Shown piece after piece: positions 52,145-62,309 of a stretch of 64,000 bases of DNA. Location: positions 21,771 through 85,770 of the forward strand of contig CAUJHQ010000068.1 of the NCBI GenBank assembly GCA_963204815.1. The letters run 5' to 3'. A program made the position numbers and the translations under genes. The DNA is from Pseudomonadota bacterium (lineage in GTDB: Bacteria; Pseudomonadota; Gammaproteobacteria; Burkholderiales; Burkholderiaceae_C). The notes under the pieces were generated by a model that saw only the letters and a program-made list of their open reading frames with translations, was not told the origin of the DNA and ran no database searches. Position 1 is the stretch's first letter; every line of letters starts with the position of its first letter.

Positions 52145-52933
52145 TCACATGCCGCGGAACAGGTGCGCGTACAGGCGGCTGGCGACCAGCGTCTCGGGGC
52201 GCTGGCGCAGCGCGAGGAAGACCTTGCCGGAGTCGTCGCGCCGCGCGCTGGCGATGCAGCGCGCCTGCACCACGGTGCCGCGGTGCACCTGCCAGAAGCG
52301 CGCCGGGTCCAGCTGCGGCAGCAGCTCCTTCAGCGAGGTGCGGATGAGGTGCTCGCCGTCGGCCGTCAGCACGCGCACGTACTTGTCGGCGGCCTCGAAG
52401 TACACCACCTCGTCGACCGGCACCAGGTGCACCAGGTTGCCGCTCTGCGCCTGGATCACCTCCAGCCGCGGCGCTGCCGCCGCCGGCGCGCCGAGCAGCC
52501 CGCGCAGCTGGCCGAGCGCCTGCTCCAGCGCCTGCGGCGCCGGCGCGCGGTCGGCCAGCCGGCGCTGCAGCCGCGCCACGCAGGCGGCCAGGCGCGGGCG
52601 GTCGACCGGCTTCACCAGGTAGTCGACCGCCTGCGCCTCGAAGGCGGCGAGCGCGTGCGCCTCGTAGGCGGTGACGAAGACGAGCAGCGGGAACGGCGTG
52701 CCGCCCGGCCAGTCCTCGGCCAGCGCCTGCGCCGCCTCGAGGCCGGTCTGGCCGGGCATGCGGATGTCCAGGAAGCAGACGTCCGGCCGCTCGGCCAGCG
52801 CGGTGGCCACGGCACGCTCGCCGTCGCCGACCATCGCGACGACGTCGAGCGCCGGCCAGACGGCGGCGAGGTCGGCGCGCAGGCCGGCGGCGAGCAGCGG
52901 TTCGTCCTCGGCGATGAGGGCGCGTGGCGTCAT
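52145..52933 (-). CDS. LytTR-family response regulator
   Basis: IAEDE, FLDIRMPG, DYLVKP, AADKY, FWQVHRG. Confidence 0.94.
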   Translation of the reverse strand: MTPRALIAEDEPLLAAGLRADLAAVWPALDVVAMVGDGERAVATALAERPDVCFLDIRMPGQTGLEAAQALAEDWPGGTPFPLLVFVTAYEAHALAAFEAQAVDYLVKPVDRPRLAACVARLQRRLADRAPAPQALEQALGQLRGLLGAPAAAAPRLEVIQAQSGNLVHLVPVDEVVYFEAADKYVRVLTADGEHLIRTSLKELLPQLDPARFWQVHRGTVVQARCIASARRDDSGKVFLALRQRPETLVASRLYAHLFRGM

Positions 52934-54000
52934 GTGGTCTCCCAGGGCAGTTCGATGCGGGCGAGGGTGCCACCGCCTTCGGCCGGTGCCAGCGCCAGCG
53001 AGGCGCGCACGCCGTACTGGGCGGCGAGCCGTTCGCGCACCTGCGCGACGCCGAAGCCGTCGGCGCGCGGCGTCGCGGACAGGCCGACGCCGCCGTCGCG
53101 CACCGTGAGCACGAGGCGTGCGCCCTCGCGCGCGGCGGTCACCTCGATGTGGCCGCCTTCCACCTTCGGCTCCAGCCCGTGCTGGATGCTGTTCTCCACC
53201 AGCGGCTGCAGCAGCAGCGCCGGCACCGGGCGCTGCGCCAGCGCCGGCGGCAGCGTCAGCGTCACCGCCAGCCGCGGACCCATGCGCACGGCCATCAGCG
53301 CGAGGTAGTCGTCCAGGCGCGCGAACTCGTCGGCCAGCGTGTGCGTGCCGGCGCGCGACGCCGACAGCGTGGCGCGCAGGTAGGCGATCAGGTGGTCGAG
53401 CATGGCCTGCGCGCGCCCGGCGTCCAGGCCGATCAGCACGCGCAGGTTGGCCAGCGTGTTGAACAGCATGTGCGGCTCCAGCTGCGACTGCAGCAGCCGC
53501 AGCTCCGCTTCGCGCGCCTGCCGTGCGAGCGCTTCGCCGCGGCCGCGCTGGTAGAAGTAGGCGACGAAGGCGATGCTGATCGCGACCGACGAGACCAGGA
53601 GCCCGGTGAAGCGGTTCGGGTTCAGCTGCAGCAGTTCCCAGGTCGAGCGGCCGGCGTAGGCGTCGCCCACCAGCGTGCCGCCGACGTAGCCCAGCGTGAT
53701 GCCGAACACGAGCATCAGCGCCGAGCGTGCCGGCGAGGGCCAGTACTTCGGCGGCTCCAGCCGCAGCAGCCGGCGCAGCGGGTAGCGGGCGAAGTCGACC
53801 GCGGTCCAGATGAACAGGCTGATCGCGATCGAGTAGACCATCGCGACGTCGAGCCGGCGCGGCTGCGTCGGGCTCATCAGCCAGTTCATCAGCCCGATGA
53901 CGATGGACAGCGACGCCACGATCGCCAGCCGCGCCGCCAGCGGCCGCCACTGGTCGGGCGGCACGATGCGGGCGAAGGCGGCGCGCAGGCGGTTCGTCAT
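52930..54000 (-). CDS. LytS-like sensor histidine kinase
   Basis: TM sensor, QSQLEPHMLFNTL, LQPLVENSIQHG, DGGVG, GFG. Confidence 0.93.
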   Translation of the reverse strand: MTNRLRAAFARIVPPDQWRPLAARLAIVASLSIVIGLMNWLMSPTQPRRLDVAMVYSIAISLFIWTAVDFARYPLRRLLRLEPPKYWPSPARSALMLVFGITLGYVGGTLVGDAYAGRSTWELLQLNPNRFTGLLVSSVAISIAFVAYFYQRGRGEALARQAREAELRLLQSQLEPHMLFNTLANLRVLIGLDAGRAQAMLDHLIAYLRATLSASRAGTHTLADEFARLDDYLALMAVRMGPRLAVTLTLPPALAQRPVPALLLQPLVENSIQHGLEPKVEGGHIEVTAAREGARLVLTVRDGGVGLSATPRADGFGVAQVRERLAAQYGVRASLALAPAEGGGTLARIELPWETT

Positions 54001-54004
54001 GGAC

Positions 54005-55084
54005 TCAATCCTGCCCGAGATGGCGGCGGTGGAAGTCGCGCAGCGCTGCGTGCGCCTCGGCCAGGCGCCGCGGGTCGAAGCCCGGCGCGGGCTCGCCGCC
54101 GCGCAGGAACTGGCGCGCCACCGGGCGCGCGATCGCCTCCGGCCAGGGCGACAGCAGGTTGAAGTGGCCGGCGCCGTCGAGATCCGCCAGCAGTTCGCAG
54201 CGCGTGCAGTGACGCCGCATGTGGTCGGCGTGGAAGGCGGGCGCCAGCACGCCGTCGGCCCCGGCGCGCACCAGCCCCACCGGCACGCGGATGCGCGCGA
54301 GGCTGGTGGCGTCGAACACCGCCGCCACCGGCACCGCCAGCGTGACCGCCGCGATGCGCGGGTCGGGCCGCGGGTCGAAGGCGCCATCCGCGCCGGCCGG
54401 CGGCGTGCGACCGCCGTGGCGCGCCGTCACGGCGGCCGGCAGGAAGGCCTCGGGCACGCCGCGTCCACGCTCGAAGCTGGCGCGGCGCTCGGCCTGGCGC
54501 GCCGGGTCGAGCGCGCCGTTGAAGCAGAAGGCGATGTCGGCCTCGAGGTTGGCGTTGCAGTGGCGCAGCAGGTCCAGCACGCGCCACTGGGCGCCGGCGA
54601 GCGCCAGCCCGGTCACGCCGCCGGCCGACATGCCGTGCACGCCGACGCGGTCGAGCTTCAGGCGCGGCGCCCAGCGGGGGTCGGCGGCGAGCGCGTCGAT
54701 GACGCGGCTCACTTCGCCAGGGCGGCGCTGCCACGATTCGGGCCCGGCCTTCGACGTGTCGGCGAAGTTGTCGCCGGCGTGCAGCGGCTGGGCGACGACG
54801 AAGCCGGCGCGCGCCAGCGTGGCCGCGAGGTCGTGGTCGACGGTCGCGCTGCCGCCGGTGCCGTGCGACAGGACGACGAGCCGCCGCGGCGCGCCGGCGG
54901 CGAGGGCGGCGTCCGGCGCGACCGTCAGCGTGACCGGGCCGAAGTGCTGCGGGCTGGCGACGGCGGCCGTCGGGTAGGTCAGCGTCACCGGCATGCCGCC
55001 GGCGTCGAACTGCGCGAGGCCGATCTGGGCGCCGGCGGTGCCGCTGGCAAGGGCGGCGGCCAGCAGCAGGGTGGTGCGTCGCAT
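54005..55084 (-). CDS. Secreted alpha/beta hydrolase (dienelactone hydrolase-like)
   Basis: Signal peptide, SHGTGG, GMSAGG, AGHF. Confidence 0.85.
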   Translation of the reverse strand: MRRTTLLLAAALASGTAGAQIGLAQFDAGGMPVTLTYPTAAVASPQHFGPVTLTVAPDAALAAGAPRRLVVLSHGTGGSATVDHDLAATLARAGFVVAQPLHAGDNFADTSKAGPESWQRRPGEVSRVIDALAADPRWAPRLKLDRVGVHGMSAGGVTGLALAGAQWRVLDLLRHCNANLEADIAFCFNGALDPARQAERRASFERGRGVPEAFLPAAVTARHGGRTPPAGADGAFDPRPDPRIAAVTLAVPVAAVFDATSLARIRVPVGLVRAGADGVLAPAFHADHMRRHCTRCELLADLDGAGHFNLLSPWPEAIARPVARQFLRGGEPAPGFDPRRLAEAHAALRDFHRRHLGQD

Positions 55085-55095
55085 GGTGGTGCTCC

Positions 55096-55590
55096 TCACA
55101 GCGGGGCGGCGACGAGGCGGCGCAGGCCGAGCGCACGGCCCAGCAGCAGCCCGCTGATGGCGCCGTAGGCCGCTGCCATCGGCAGCGCGACCGCGGGGTC
55201 GGCGCGCCACACCGGGTGCATCGCCAGCGCCACGCCGCCGGCATAACGCAGGCTGAAGACCGCCAGGATGACGACCAGCGGCAGCACGCTGCCCGGCAGC
55301 ACGAGGCGCTGCGCGGCGGCGTCCCAGCGCACGCCGGGCTGCGGCGGCAGCCGGCGCGCCAGCGTCGTCGTGACGAGCGCCGCCTTCGCCCAGACCAGCA
55401 AGGCCAGCGCCGGCATCGTGGAGGACTGCGCCGTCGACCACAGGCCCAGCGCCAGCAGCACGCCGGGCAGGATGAAGAGTTGCGCCTGCGTGACGCGGCG
55501 CTCGCGCCACTGCGCCAGGCCCAGCGCCAGCAGGCCGGCCAGCAAGGCCCAGACCCAGGTGGGCGTGCGGCTGAGGATCTCGTGAATCAT
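55096..55590 (-). CDS. DUF6622-like membrane protein
   Basis: TPTWVW, LPGS.LPL, hydrophobic; AGGAG RBS. Confidence 0.75.
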   Translation of the reverse strand: MIHEILSRTPTWVWALLAGLLALGLAQWRERRVTQAQLFILPGVLLALGLWSTAQSSTMPALALLVWAKAALVTTTLARRLPPQPGVRWDAAAQRLVLPGSVLPLVVILAVFSLRYAGGVALAMHPVWRADPAVALPMAAAYGAISGLLLGRALGLRRLVAAPL

Positions 55591-55719
55591 GGGGGTGCTC
55601 CTGCGCCGCGAAAGGGGCGGCATGGACGAGAGCATCGGCGGCCCGCGCCCGCCTGCCGAGCGCCGCGCGACGAAAGCGCGCCGGCCGGCGCGAAACGACG
55701 GCGGCGCGGCGCCGGGCGG

Positions 55720-56214
55720 TCAGCCGGCGGCGGCCCAGGCCGCCCGCAACGCCTCGATGCGGGCCCGGTTCACGCCCAGGTCGCTGCGCCCCACGCGCGA
55801 GGCCGAGCGCAGCTGCACCACGCCGGCGGCGGGGTCGAACCAGAACTCGGCGTCGTCGACGAAACGCAGCCAGCGTGTCGTGAAGCGCGCGTACACGTAG
55901 TCGGCGCGGGCTTCCACGATCTCGGCGCCCGGCAGCGCCGCGACGGCGTCGCGCAGGCGCGCCATCGTCGTGGCGGCATCGCCCCTGGCCGGCAGCGGCG
56001 CGATCTGCGCCGCCGCCGCCTGCGGGTGGCCGGGCCAGAGCCCGGCCTGGCTGCTGACGCTGTTGGGCGACTCCGACGGCGGCGCCAGGCGGCCGCCCTG
56101 CACCCCGAGCGTGGCCGGGGCGCTGCCCTGCAGCAGGCCCGCCTGCCCGGCGCCCAGGGTCAGCAGCGCGACGAGGGCGACGGCGGCGAACAGGCGCAGA
56201 CCCCAGCGAAGCAC
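55720..56214 (-). CDS. DUF1499 domain protein
   Basis: SPNSVSSQA, FVDDAEF, RSASRVGRSDLGVNRARI. Confidence 0.88.
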   Translation of the reverse strand: MLRWGLRLFAAVALVALLTLGAGQAGLLQGSAPATLGVQGGRLAPPSESPNSVSSQAGLWPGHPQAAAAQIAPLPARGDAATTMARLRDAVAALPGAEIVEARADYVYARFTTRWLRFVDDAEFWFDPAAGVVQLRSASRVGRSDLGVNRARIEALRAAWAAAG

Positions 56215-56223
56215 GGCCGGGCG

Positions 56224-57762
56224 TCAGCGGCGTCGGCCGCCGAGCAGCGAGCCGAGCACGCCGCGGATGATCTCGCGCCCCACCGCCGAGCCGATGCTGC
56301 GCACCGCCGACGTCGCCGCCGCCTCGGCCAGGCCGGGCTTGCGCCCGCCGCGCGGGCCGGTGCTGCCGAACAGCACGTCCTTCAGGCCGCCCATCACGCC
56401 ACCGCCGTCGTCGGCCGGGGCGGGCGCGGCGCCGCCGCCCGCGGGCGCGCTGCCGGCCATGCCGCCACCGGCGGGCGCCGGCGCCGCAGCGCGGCCCTTG
56501 ATCTTCTCGTACGCCGACTCGCGGTCGACCGTCTTCTCGTAGGTGCCGGCCACCAGCGAACCGGCGAGCAGCGCCTTGCGCTGCTCCGGCGTGATGGGGC
56601 CGATCTGGCTGCCCGGCGGCAGCACGAAGGCGCGCTCGGTCACGGTTGGCCGGCCCTTGGCGTCGAGGAAGCTGACCAGCGCCTCGCCGACGGCGAGCTC
56701 GGTGATGGCGATCGCCATGTCGCCGATCTTCGGGTTCGCGCGCATCGTCTCTGCCGCCGAGCGCACCGCCTTCTGGTCGCGCGGTGTGAAGGCGCGCAGC
56801 GCGTGCTGCACCCGGTTGCCGAGCTGCGCGAGCACGGTCTCGGGCACGTCGAGCGGGTTCTGCGTCACGAAGTAGACGCCCACGCCCTTGCTGCGCACCA
56901 GCCGCACGACGAGCTCGATGCGTTCGACCAGCGCGCCCGGCGCGTCCTTGAACAGCAGGTGCGCCTCGTCGAAGAAGAACACCAGCTTGGGTTTGTCGAG
57001 GTCACCCACCTCGGGCAGCATCTCGAACAGCTCCGACAGCATCCACAGCAGGAAGGTGGCGTACAGCCGCGGCGCGTTCATCAGCTTGTCGGCGGCGAGG
57101 ATGTTGACGACGCCCTTGCCGTCCACCGTCTGCATGAAGTCGGCGATGTCGAGCATCGGCTCGCCGAAGAACTTGTCGCCGCCCTGTTCCTCGATCTGCA
57201 GCAGCCCGCGCTGGATGGCGCCGATGCTGGCAGCGCTGACGTTGCCGTACTCGGTGGTGAAGTCCTTCGCGTTGTCGCCGACGAACTGCAGCATCGCGCG
57301 CAGGTCCTTCATGTCCAGCAGCAGCAGGCCCTGGTCGTCGGCGATCTTGAAGACGAGGTTCAGCACGCCGGCCTGCGTCTCGTTGAGCGCGAGCATGCGC
57401 GCCAGCAGCAGCGGGCCCATGTCGGACACGGTGGCGCGCACCGGGTGGCCCTGCTCGCCGAAGACGTCCCACAGCGTGGCCGGGCAGGCGAAGGGCTCGG
57501 GCGCCGGCAGGCCGCGTTCCTTGATGATGGCGGCCACTTTCGGCGCCAGGCTGCCGCTCTGCGTGATGCCGGTGAGGTCGCCCTTCACGTCGGCCATGAA
57601 GACCGGAACGCCGATCTTGCTGAAGTTCTCGGCCAGCGTCTGCAGCGTGATCGTCTTGCCGGTGCCGGTGGCGCCGGTGATCAGGCCGTGGCGGTTGGCC
57701 AGCGCGGGCAGCAGCTCGCAGGCGATGTCGCCATGCTGGGCGACGAGGATCGGGTCGGGCAT
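56224..57762 (-). CDS. DUF853 HerA-like ATPase (YjgR family)
   Basis: [34 protein letters not shown]. Confidence 0.92.
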   Translation of the reverse strand: MPDPILVAQHGDIACELLPALANRHGLITGATGTGKTITLQTLAENFSKIGVPVFMADVKGDLTGITQSGSLAPKVAAIIKERGLPAPEPFACPATLWDVFGEQGHPVRATVSDMGPLLLARMLALNETQAGVLNLVFKIADDQGLLLLDMKDLRAMLQFVGDNAKDFTTEYGNVSAASIGAIQRGLLQIEEQGGDKFFGEPMLDIADFMQTVDGKGVVNILAADKLMNAPRLYATFLLWMLSELFEMLPEVGDLDKPKLVFFFDEAHLLFKDAPGALVERIELVVRLVRSKGVGVYFVTQNPLDVPETVLAQLGNRVQHALRAFTPRDQKAVRSAAETMRANPKIGDMAIAITELAVGEALVSFLDAKGRPTVTERAFVLPPGSQIGPITPEQRKALLAGSLVAGTYEKTVDRESAYEKIKGRAAAPAPAGGGMAGSAPAGGGAAPAPADDGGGVMGGLKDVLFGSTGPRGGRKPGLAEAAATSAVRSIGSAVGREIIRGVLGSLLGGRRR

Positions 57763-57824
57763 GGAAGGCACTCCGGCGGCGTACAGGCGACGCGCGGGAG
57801 TCTAGCCCGAGCCGGCGGGCCCGA

Positions 57825-58250
57825 TCAGGCGGTGGCGTCCTCCGCCGCGTGGCGGCAGCAGGCGTGGATGAAGTCGACGACGCGCGCGCCGTCGAAGCGC
57901 GCCGCCGGCAGGCCGGGCGCGTAGCCGAAGGCGCTGCGCAGCGCCGCTGGCACCTGCTCGGGCAGGCGCAGCGCCATCCACTCGTCGGCGAACAGGCGCT
58001 CGCGCACCGGCGCGCGCAGGCGCAGTTCGAGCGCGCTGTGGCGCGGGTCGGCGGCGATCGCGCGGTAGCGCTCGTCGACGCGGTGGGCGTCGCCTTCCAG
58101 CACCTGCAGGAAGTAGCCGTCCAGCACCAGCAGGCCGCCGGTGAGGCCGTGGCGGCTGTTGCGGTTGACCGACAGGCGCACGAGGTCGTAGACGTCGGCG
58201 TTGGTCAGGCCCGGCCGGGCGCGGCTCACGTAGGCGATGCGTTCGATCAT
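57825..58250 (-). CDS. Short BLUF blue-light photoreceptor
   Basis: AYVS (Tyr), RN...TG.LL, FLQVLEG (Gln), DPRH, WM. Confidence 0.92.
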   Translation of the reverse strand: MIERIAYVSRARPGLTNADVYDLVRLSVNRNSRHGLTGGLLVLDGYFLQVLEGDAHRVDERYRAIAADPRHSALELRLRAPVRERLFADEWMALRLPEQVPAALRSAFGYAPGLPAARFDGARVVDFIHACCRHAAEDATA

Positions 58251-59962
58251 GCGCGGCGCTCCTCGGCCGGCGGCGCGCCGCCGGCCAGGCGTTCGATCAG
58301 GCCCGGCACCTCGGCGGCCGGACGCGGCTTGCTGAACAGGTAGCCCTGCACCTCGGAGCAGCCCTCGGCCGAGACGATGCGCAGCTGCTCAGCCGTCTCG
58401 ACGCCTTCCACGGTGGTGGCCATGCGCAGGCTGCGGCCGAGGCCGGTGACGGCGCGGATGATCGACAGCGCCTCCGGGTCGTGCGCGGCGTCGGCGACGA
58501 ACGAGCGGTCGATCTTGATGCGGTCGAACGGGAAGCTGCGCAGGTAGCTGAGCGACGAGTAGCCGGTGCCGAAGTCGTCCATCGCGACCTGCACGCCCAG
58601 CGCGCGCAGCGCCGCCAGCGTGCCGATCACGCCCTGCGTGTCGTGCAGCATCGCCGACTCGGTGATCTCGATCTCCAGCCGCTGTGGCGGCAGGCCGCTG
58701 TCGGCGAGCGCGGCCTCCACGTCCTGCAGCAGCGAGCCGCGGCGCAGCTGCACCGCCGACACGTTGACCGCCACGCGCACGTCGGCCGGCCAGGCGCAGG
58801 CGTCGGCGCAGGCGCGCTGCAGCACCCAGCGGCCGATCGGCACGATGAGGCCGGTCTCCTCGGCGAGCGGAATGAAGTCGGCCGGCGACACGCCGCCGCG
58901 CGCCGGGTGGCGCCAGCGCAGCAGCGCCTCGACGCCGCTGACGCGCCGGCCGTCCAGGGCCACCTGCGGCTGGTAGGCGAGCTCGAACTCGCCGGCGTCG
59001 AGCGCGCGGCGCAGGTCGGCTTCGAGGCCGCGGCGCGCCTGCACGCGGGCGTCCATCTCGGGCTCGAAGTAGCGGAAGGTGCCGCGCCCGTCCTCCTTCG
59101 CGCGGTAGAGCGCGAGGTCGGCGCTGCGCAGCAGGCGGTCGGGGTCGGCACCGTCGAAGGGCGCGACGGCGATGCCGATGCTGCTGCCGATGTGCACCGG
59201 GTGGCCGTCGATGTCGATCGGCTGCGCCAGCGCGGCGACGATGCGGCGTGCCAGCGCGGTCGAGGCCACCGGCTGGTCGACGCCGGCCTGCACGACGGCG
59301 AACTCGTCGCCGCCGAGCCGCGCCACCAGGTCGGACTGGCGCACGCACTGGCGCAGCCGCGCGGCGACGACGCGCAGCACCTCGTCGCCGGCGGCGTGGC
59401 CGAGGCTGTCGTTGACGGGCTTGAAGCGGTCCAGGTCCAGGCACAGCAGTGCCGCTTCGCCGCCGCGCGCGCCGCGCGCCAGCTGGCGCTGCAGTTCCTC
59501 GACCAGCGCGGCGCGGTGCGGCAGGCCGGTCAGCGGATCGTGGCGCGCCTGGTGCTCGATGTGCGAGTGCGCACGCCGCTGCTCGGTGACGTCCTCGTGC
59601 AGCGCGACGCAGCTGCCGTCGGCCTCGCGCGACACCGCCACCTCGATCGTGCGGCCGTCGTCCATCGCCCACTCGCGCAGCCGCGTGCCGGTGCCGGCGT
59701 CCTGGCCGCGTTCGCGGCTGGCCGCCGTTTCCTGGCCGCGGGTGGCGGCGCGGATGGCGCTGAAGGGCGTGCCGGGGCGGCCGAGCTCGGGCGGCAGCTG
59801 CCAGAGTTCGAGGTAGCGGCGGTTCGCCAGCAGCAGCCGGTCGGCGGCGTCGAACATGCACATGCCCTGCGGCAGCCGCTCCAGGGCGGCGCGCAGCAGC
59901 GCATTCTCGCGCTCGAGGCTGGCCAGGCGCAGCAGCTCTTGGGGCGGTAGGTCTCGGTGCAT
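58247..59962 (-). CDS. PAS-GGDEF-EAL diguanylate cyclase/phosphodiesterase
   Basis: PAS-like N-terminus, DLDRFK.VND, GGDEF, EAL, DDFGTGYSSL, EGVET, QGY. Confidence 0.94.
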   Translation of the reverse strand: MHRDLPPQELLRLASLERENALLRAALERLPQGMCMFDAADRLLLANRRYLELWQLPPELGRPGTPFSAIRAATRGQETAASRERGQDAGTGTRLREWAMDDGRTIEVAVSREADGSCVALHEDVTEQRRAHSHIEHQARHDPLTGLPHRAALVEELQRQLARGARGGEAALLCLDLDRFKPVNDSLGHAAGDEVLRVVAARLRQCVRQSDLVARLGGDEFAVVQAGVDQPVASTALARRIVAALAQPIDIDGHPVHIGSSIGIAVAPFDGADPDRLLRSADLALYRAKEDGRGTFRYFEPEMDARVQARRGLEADLRRALDAGEFELAYQPQVALDGRRVSGVEALLRWRHPARGGVSPADFIPLAEETGLIVPIGRWVLQRACADACAWPADVRVAVNVSAVQLRRGSLLQDVEAALADSGLPPQRLEIEITESAMLHDTQGVIGTLAALRALGVQVAMDDFGTGYSSLSYLRSFPFDRIKIDRSFVADAAHDPEALSIIRAVTGLGRSLRMATTVEGVETAEQLRIVSAEGCSEVQGYLFSKPRPAAEVPGLIERLAGGAPPAEERRA

Positions 59963-60008
59963 CGGCGTCGCGGCGGGCCGGCGCCGGCACGCTGCCGACC
60001 CCAGGCGT

Positions 60009-60824
60009 CTACCGTTTTCGGCCGTTCCGGGTGCGGACTTGAGCCCGCGGCGCCGGCGCGCCGCCGCCCTCGTCGATCGGGAAGCGGTGCGGCGTCGTGT
60101 AGCGGCCGGTGGGCTGGCGGCCGGCGAAGCTCTCGAAGTAGTCGTACCAGTGCAGCGCCGAGACCCAGATCGCCTCCGGGCAGGAGGCGCGCGACTCCAT
60201 GCCGGGCGTGAGGTCGAAGCGGGCGGCCGCGAAGGCGGTCTCGAGCATGCAGGCGCTGGGCAGGCCGATGCCGTCGGTCAGCGGGTTCGGCGTGCGCGCC
60301 GCGCCCCAGGCGAAGGCCAGCCAGCGCAGGATGTGCTCCAGCGCGTCCAGCGTGGCGCGGCCGTGCTGGAAGGCCTGCACCTTCTCGAGGATCTGCGCCT
60401 GCGGCACCGGCAGCGCGATGACGGCGACGTTGGGCCAGCGGCGCGCGTCGGCGAAGTCTTTCAGCGGCCGCTCGACGACGCCGTTGGTGCGCGTGGCCAG
60501 CGGGCCGTCGGCCGGCTGCAGCAGCGGCACGTGCACGGCCTTCGCGCGCGCCACGCTCAGATCGCGCAGCTTCACGAGCGCCGCCTCGGACCAGAACGAG
60601 GGCAGCATGTCGCGCCGCAGGTGCGACTGCGCCACGCGCAGCCGGAAGCTCAGCGTGTCGCTGCCGCCCAGCAGCAGCAGGTAGGTCCACTCGTCGGGGC
60701 CGCCGCTGCCCATCTCGCCGACGGCGCGCGTGGCCCACTGCAGGTTGTCTTCTTCGGCGCCGCGCTCCAGCTCCTTGAGCAGGCGGTTGCGGCCGTGGCT
60801 GGTGGAACGCAGTTGGCGCAGCAT
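60009..60824 (-). CDS. Hypothetical protein, possible permuted papain-like (YiiX/NlpC-P60) fold
   Basis: Host-like codon usage, GAAGGA RBS; SFWSEAAL, NGVVERPL, LPSACML, SCPEAIW. Fold call is inference. Confidence 0.7.
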   Translation of the reverse strand: MLRQLRSTSHGRNRLLKELERGAEEDNLQWATRAVGEMGSGGPDEWTYLLLLGGSDTLSFRLRVAQSHLRRDMLPSFWSEAALVKLRDLSVARAKAVHVPLLQPADGPLATRTNGVVERPLKDFADARRWPNVAVIALPVPQAQILEKVQAFQHGRATLDALEHILRWLAFAWGAARTPNPLTDGIGLPSACMLETAFAAARFDLTPGMESRASCPEAIWVSALHWYDYFESFAGRQPTGRYTTPHRFPIDEGGGAPAPRAQVRTRNGRKR

Positions 60825-60836
60825 GTCGGCTTCCTT

Positions 60837-62309
60837 CTACAGGGGGAGCAGCGTGAACGGCCCGGTGGTCTCGGGCCGCGCGACCGCGGGGTCGGGGTGG
60901 ATGGCGTGGTAGCTGACGCGCAGCTCGAGGCCGCGCCCGGCGCGCGTGAACTGCAGCAGCGCGACCTGGTCGCCGCGGCGGCCGAACACCTGCGTCGGCG
61001 CGAAGCGCCGCGCGCGCCCGAAGCGCGCCGGCGGCGTCAGTGGTTCCGCGTGGCGCGGCCAGGTCTGGCGGCGGCCGAAGAGGCCACGCAGCGTGTTCGC
61101 GAGCTGCGCCTTCTGGTCGGCGAACGGCGTCTCGATCAGGCGCGACGGCGAGCAGATCACCTCGTGCAGCAGGCGCCGCCCGCTGGGCAAGTGCAGCGCT
61201 TCGCAGACGCGGCCCCAGTGCACGTCGCCGGTGGCGTAGACCACCGGCACGCCGGCGTCGGCCAGGCGTTCGAGCGTGCGCTCGACGACATCGAACTGCG
61301 CGTAGTTCGACAGTTCGGCGTCCTTCAGCTTCGCGTCGCCGTCGCTCGGGCGCTCGACGAACAGCGCCTGGCCGCTGGCGAGCAGGCCGATACGCGGCGT
61401 GGCGCTGCCGCGCGCGGCCAGCAGGTCGGCTTCCCAGGCGGCGAGCGCGGCGACGGCATCGGCGGCCATCAGGCCCTGCGGCGCGGCCGGGTCGTCGCGG
61501 CGCGCGCAGCGCGTGTCCAGCACCAGCATCGCCAGCGGCGCCACGTCCACCCGCCAGGCCGCCGGCGCGCTGCCCGGCGCGCCGCCTTGCTGGTAGTCCT
61601 CGTACAGGGCCTGGGCGGCGGCCTGCCACATCGCGCGCCGTGCCGGCGTCCAGGTGCCGGGCAGCTGCACCTGCTTGAAGGGGTAGTTGTTCCAGAACTC
61701 GTGGTCGTCCGGGATGCACAGCGCGGGCGCGCGCGTCAGCACCGGTTCCAGCCCGGCGATGCCGAGCGCGGACGAGGTCCAGTTGCGCCGGTACTTGTCG
61801 CCCAGCACGTTCGACAGTGCGGGCTCGCTTCCGGGCAGGTCCTCGAACAGCGGCAGGTCGAGATAGACCTGGTCGCCGGCGAGCAGCGTCATGTGCGGGC
61901 GCACCGGCAACTGGCCGACGATGGTGCCGAGCAGCCCGCCGGCGTCTTCCGGCTGGAAGTAGCACGACGCGAGCAGCAGGTTGAAGCTGCCGTCCAGCGC
62001 CGCCGGCACCTCGGCCGGCGGCGTGTGCACCGCGCGTTCGATGCGCACGCCGCCGGCCGCGATGGCGATGCGGTGTTGCCGGTCGGCCCCCAGCGAGGCC
62101 AGCCGCACGACGGCCTGGTGGTTGCACGGCCGGCCGGCGGCGCCGGTCGTGCGGTCGCGGATCGGTCGCCAGGCCACCGCCTCCAGCGGGGCGGCGGGCG
62201 CGCCGTTCACCGTGAACGCCGGCGCCGGCGGCGCTTCGGTGCCGAAGGCGCCCAGCCACAGCCGCAGTTCGCCGGCGGGCGCGATCTGGGGCCAGGCGCT
62301 GAGCATCAT
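60837..62309 (-). CDS. PhoD-like metallophosphoesterase, no signal peptide
   Basis: LASC, GDQVYLD, DDHEFWNN, LDTR, GDVH. Confidence 0.8.
   Translation of the reverse strand: MMLSAWPQIAPAGELRLWLGAFGTEAPPAPAFTVNGAPAAPLEAVAWRPIRDRTTGAAGRPCNHQAVVRLASLGADRQHRIAIAAGGVRIERAVHTPPAEVPAALDGSFNLLLASCYFQPEDAGGLLGTIVGQLPVRPHMTLLAGDQVYLDLPLFEDLPGSEPALSNVLGDKYRRNWTSSALGIAGLEPVLTRAPALCIPDDHEFWNNYPFKQVQLPGTWTPARRAMWQAAAQALYEDYQQGGAPGSAPAAWRVDVAPLAMLVLDTRCARRDDPAAPQGLMAADAVAALAAWEADLLAARGSATPRIGLLASGQALFVERPSDGDAKLKDAELSNYAQFDVVERTLERLADAGVPVVYATGDVHWGRVCEALHLPSGRRLLHEVICSPSRLIETPFADQKAQLANTLRGLFGRRQTWPRHAEPLTPPARFGRARRFAPTQVFGRRGDQVALLQFTRAGRGLELRVSYHAIHPDPAVARPETTGPFTLLPL

Noticed and set aside
56224-57762. 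HerA-like ATPase as an anti-phage system
   Set aside because: Matches the common stand-alone DUF853/YjgR family; no nuclease or Sir2 partner adjacent.
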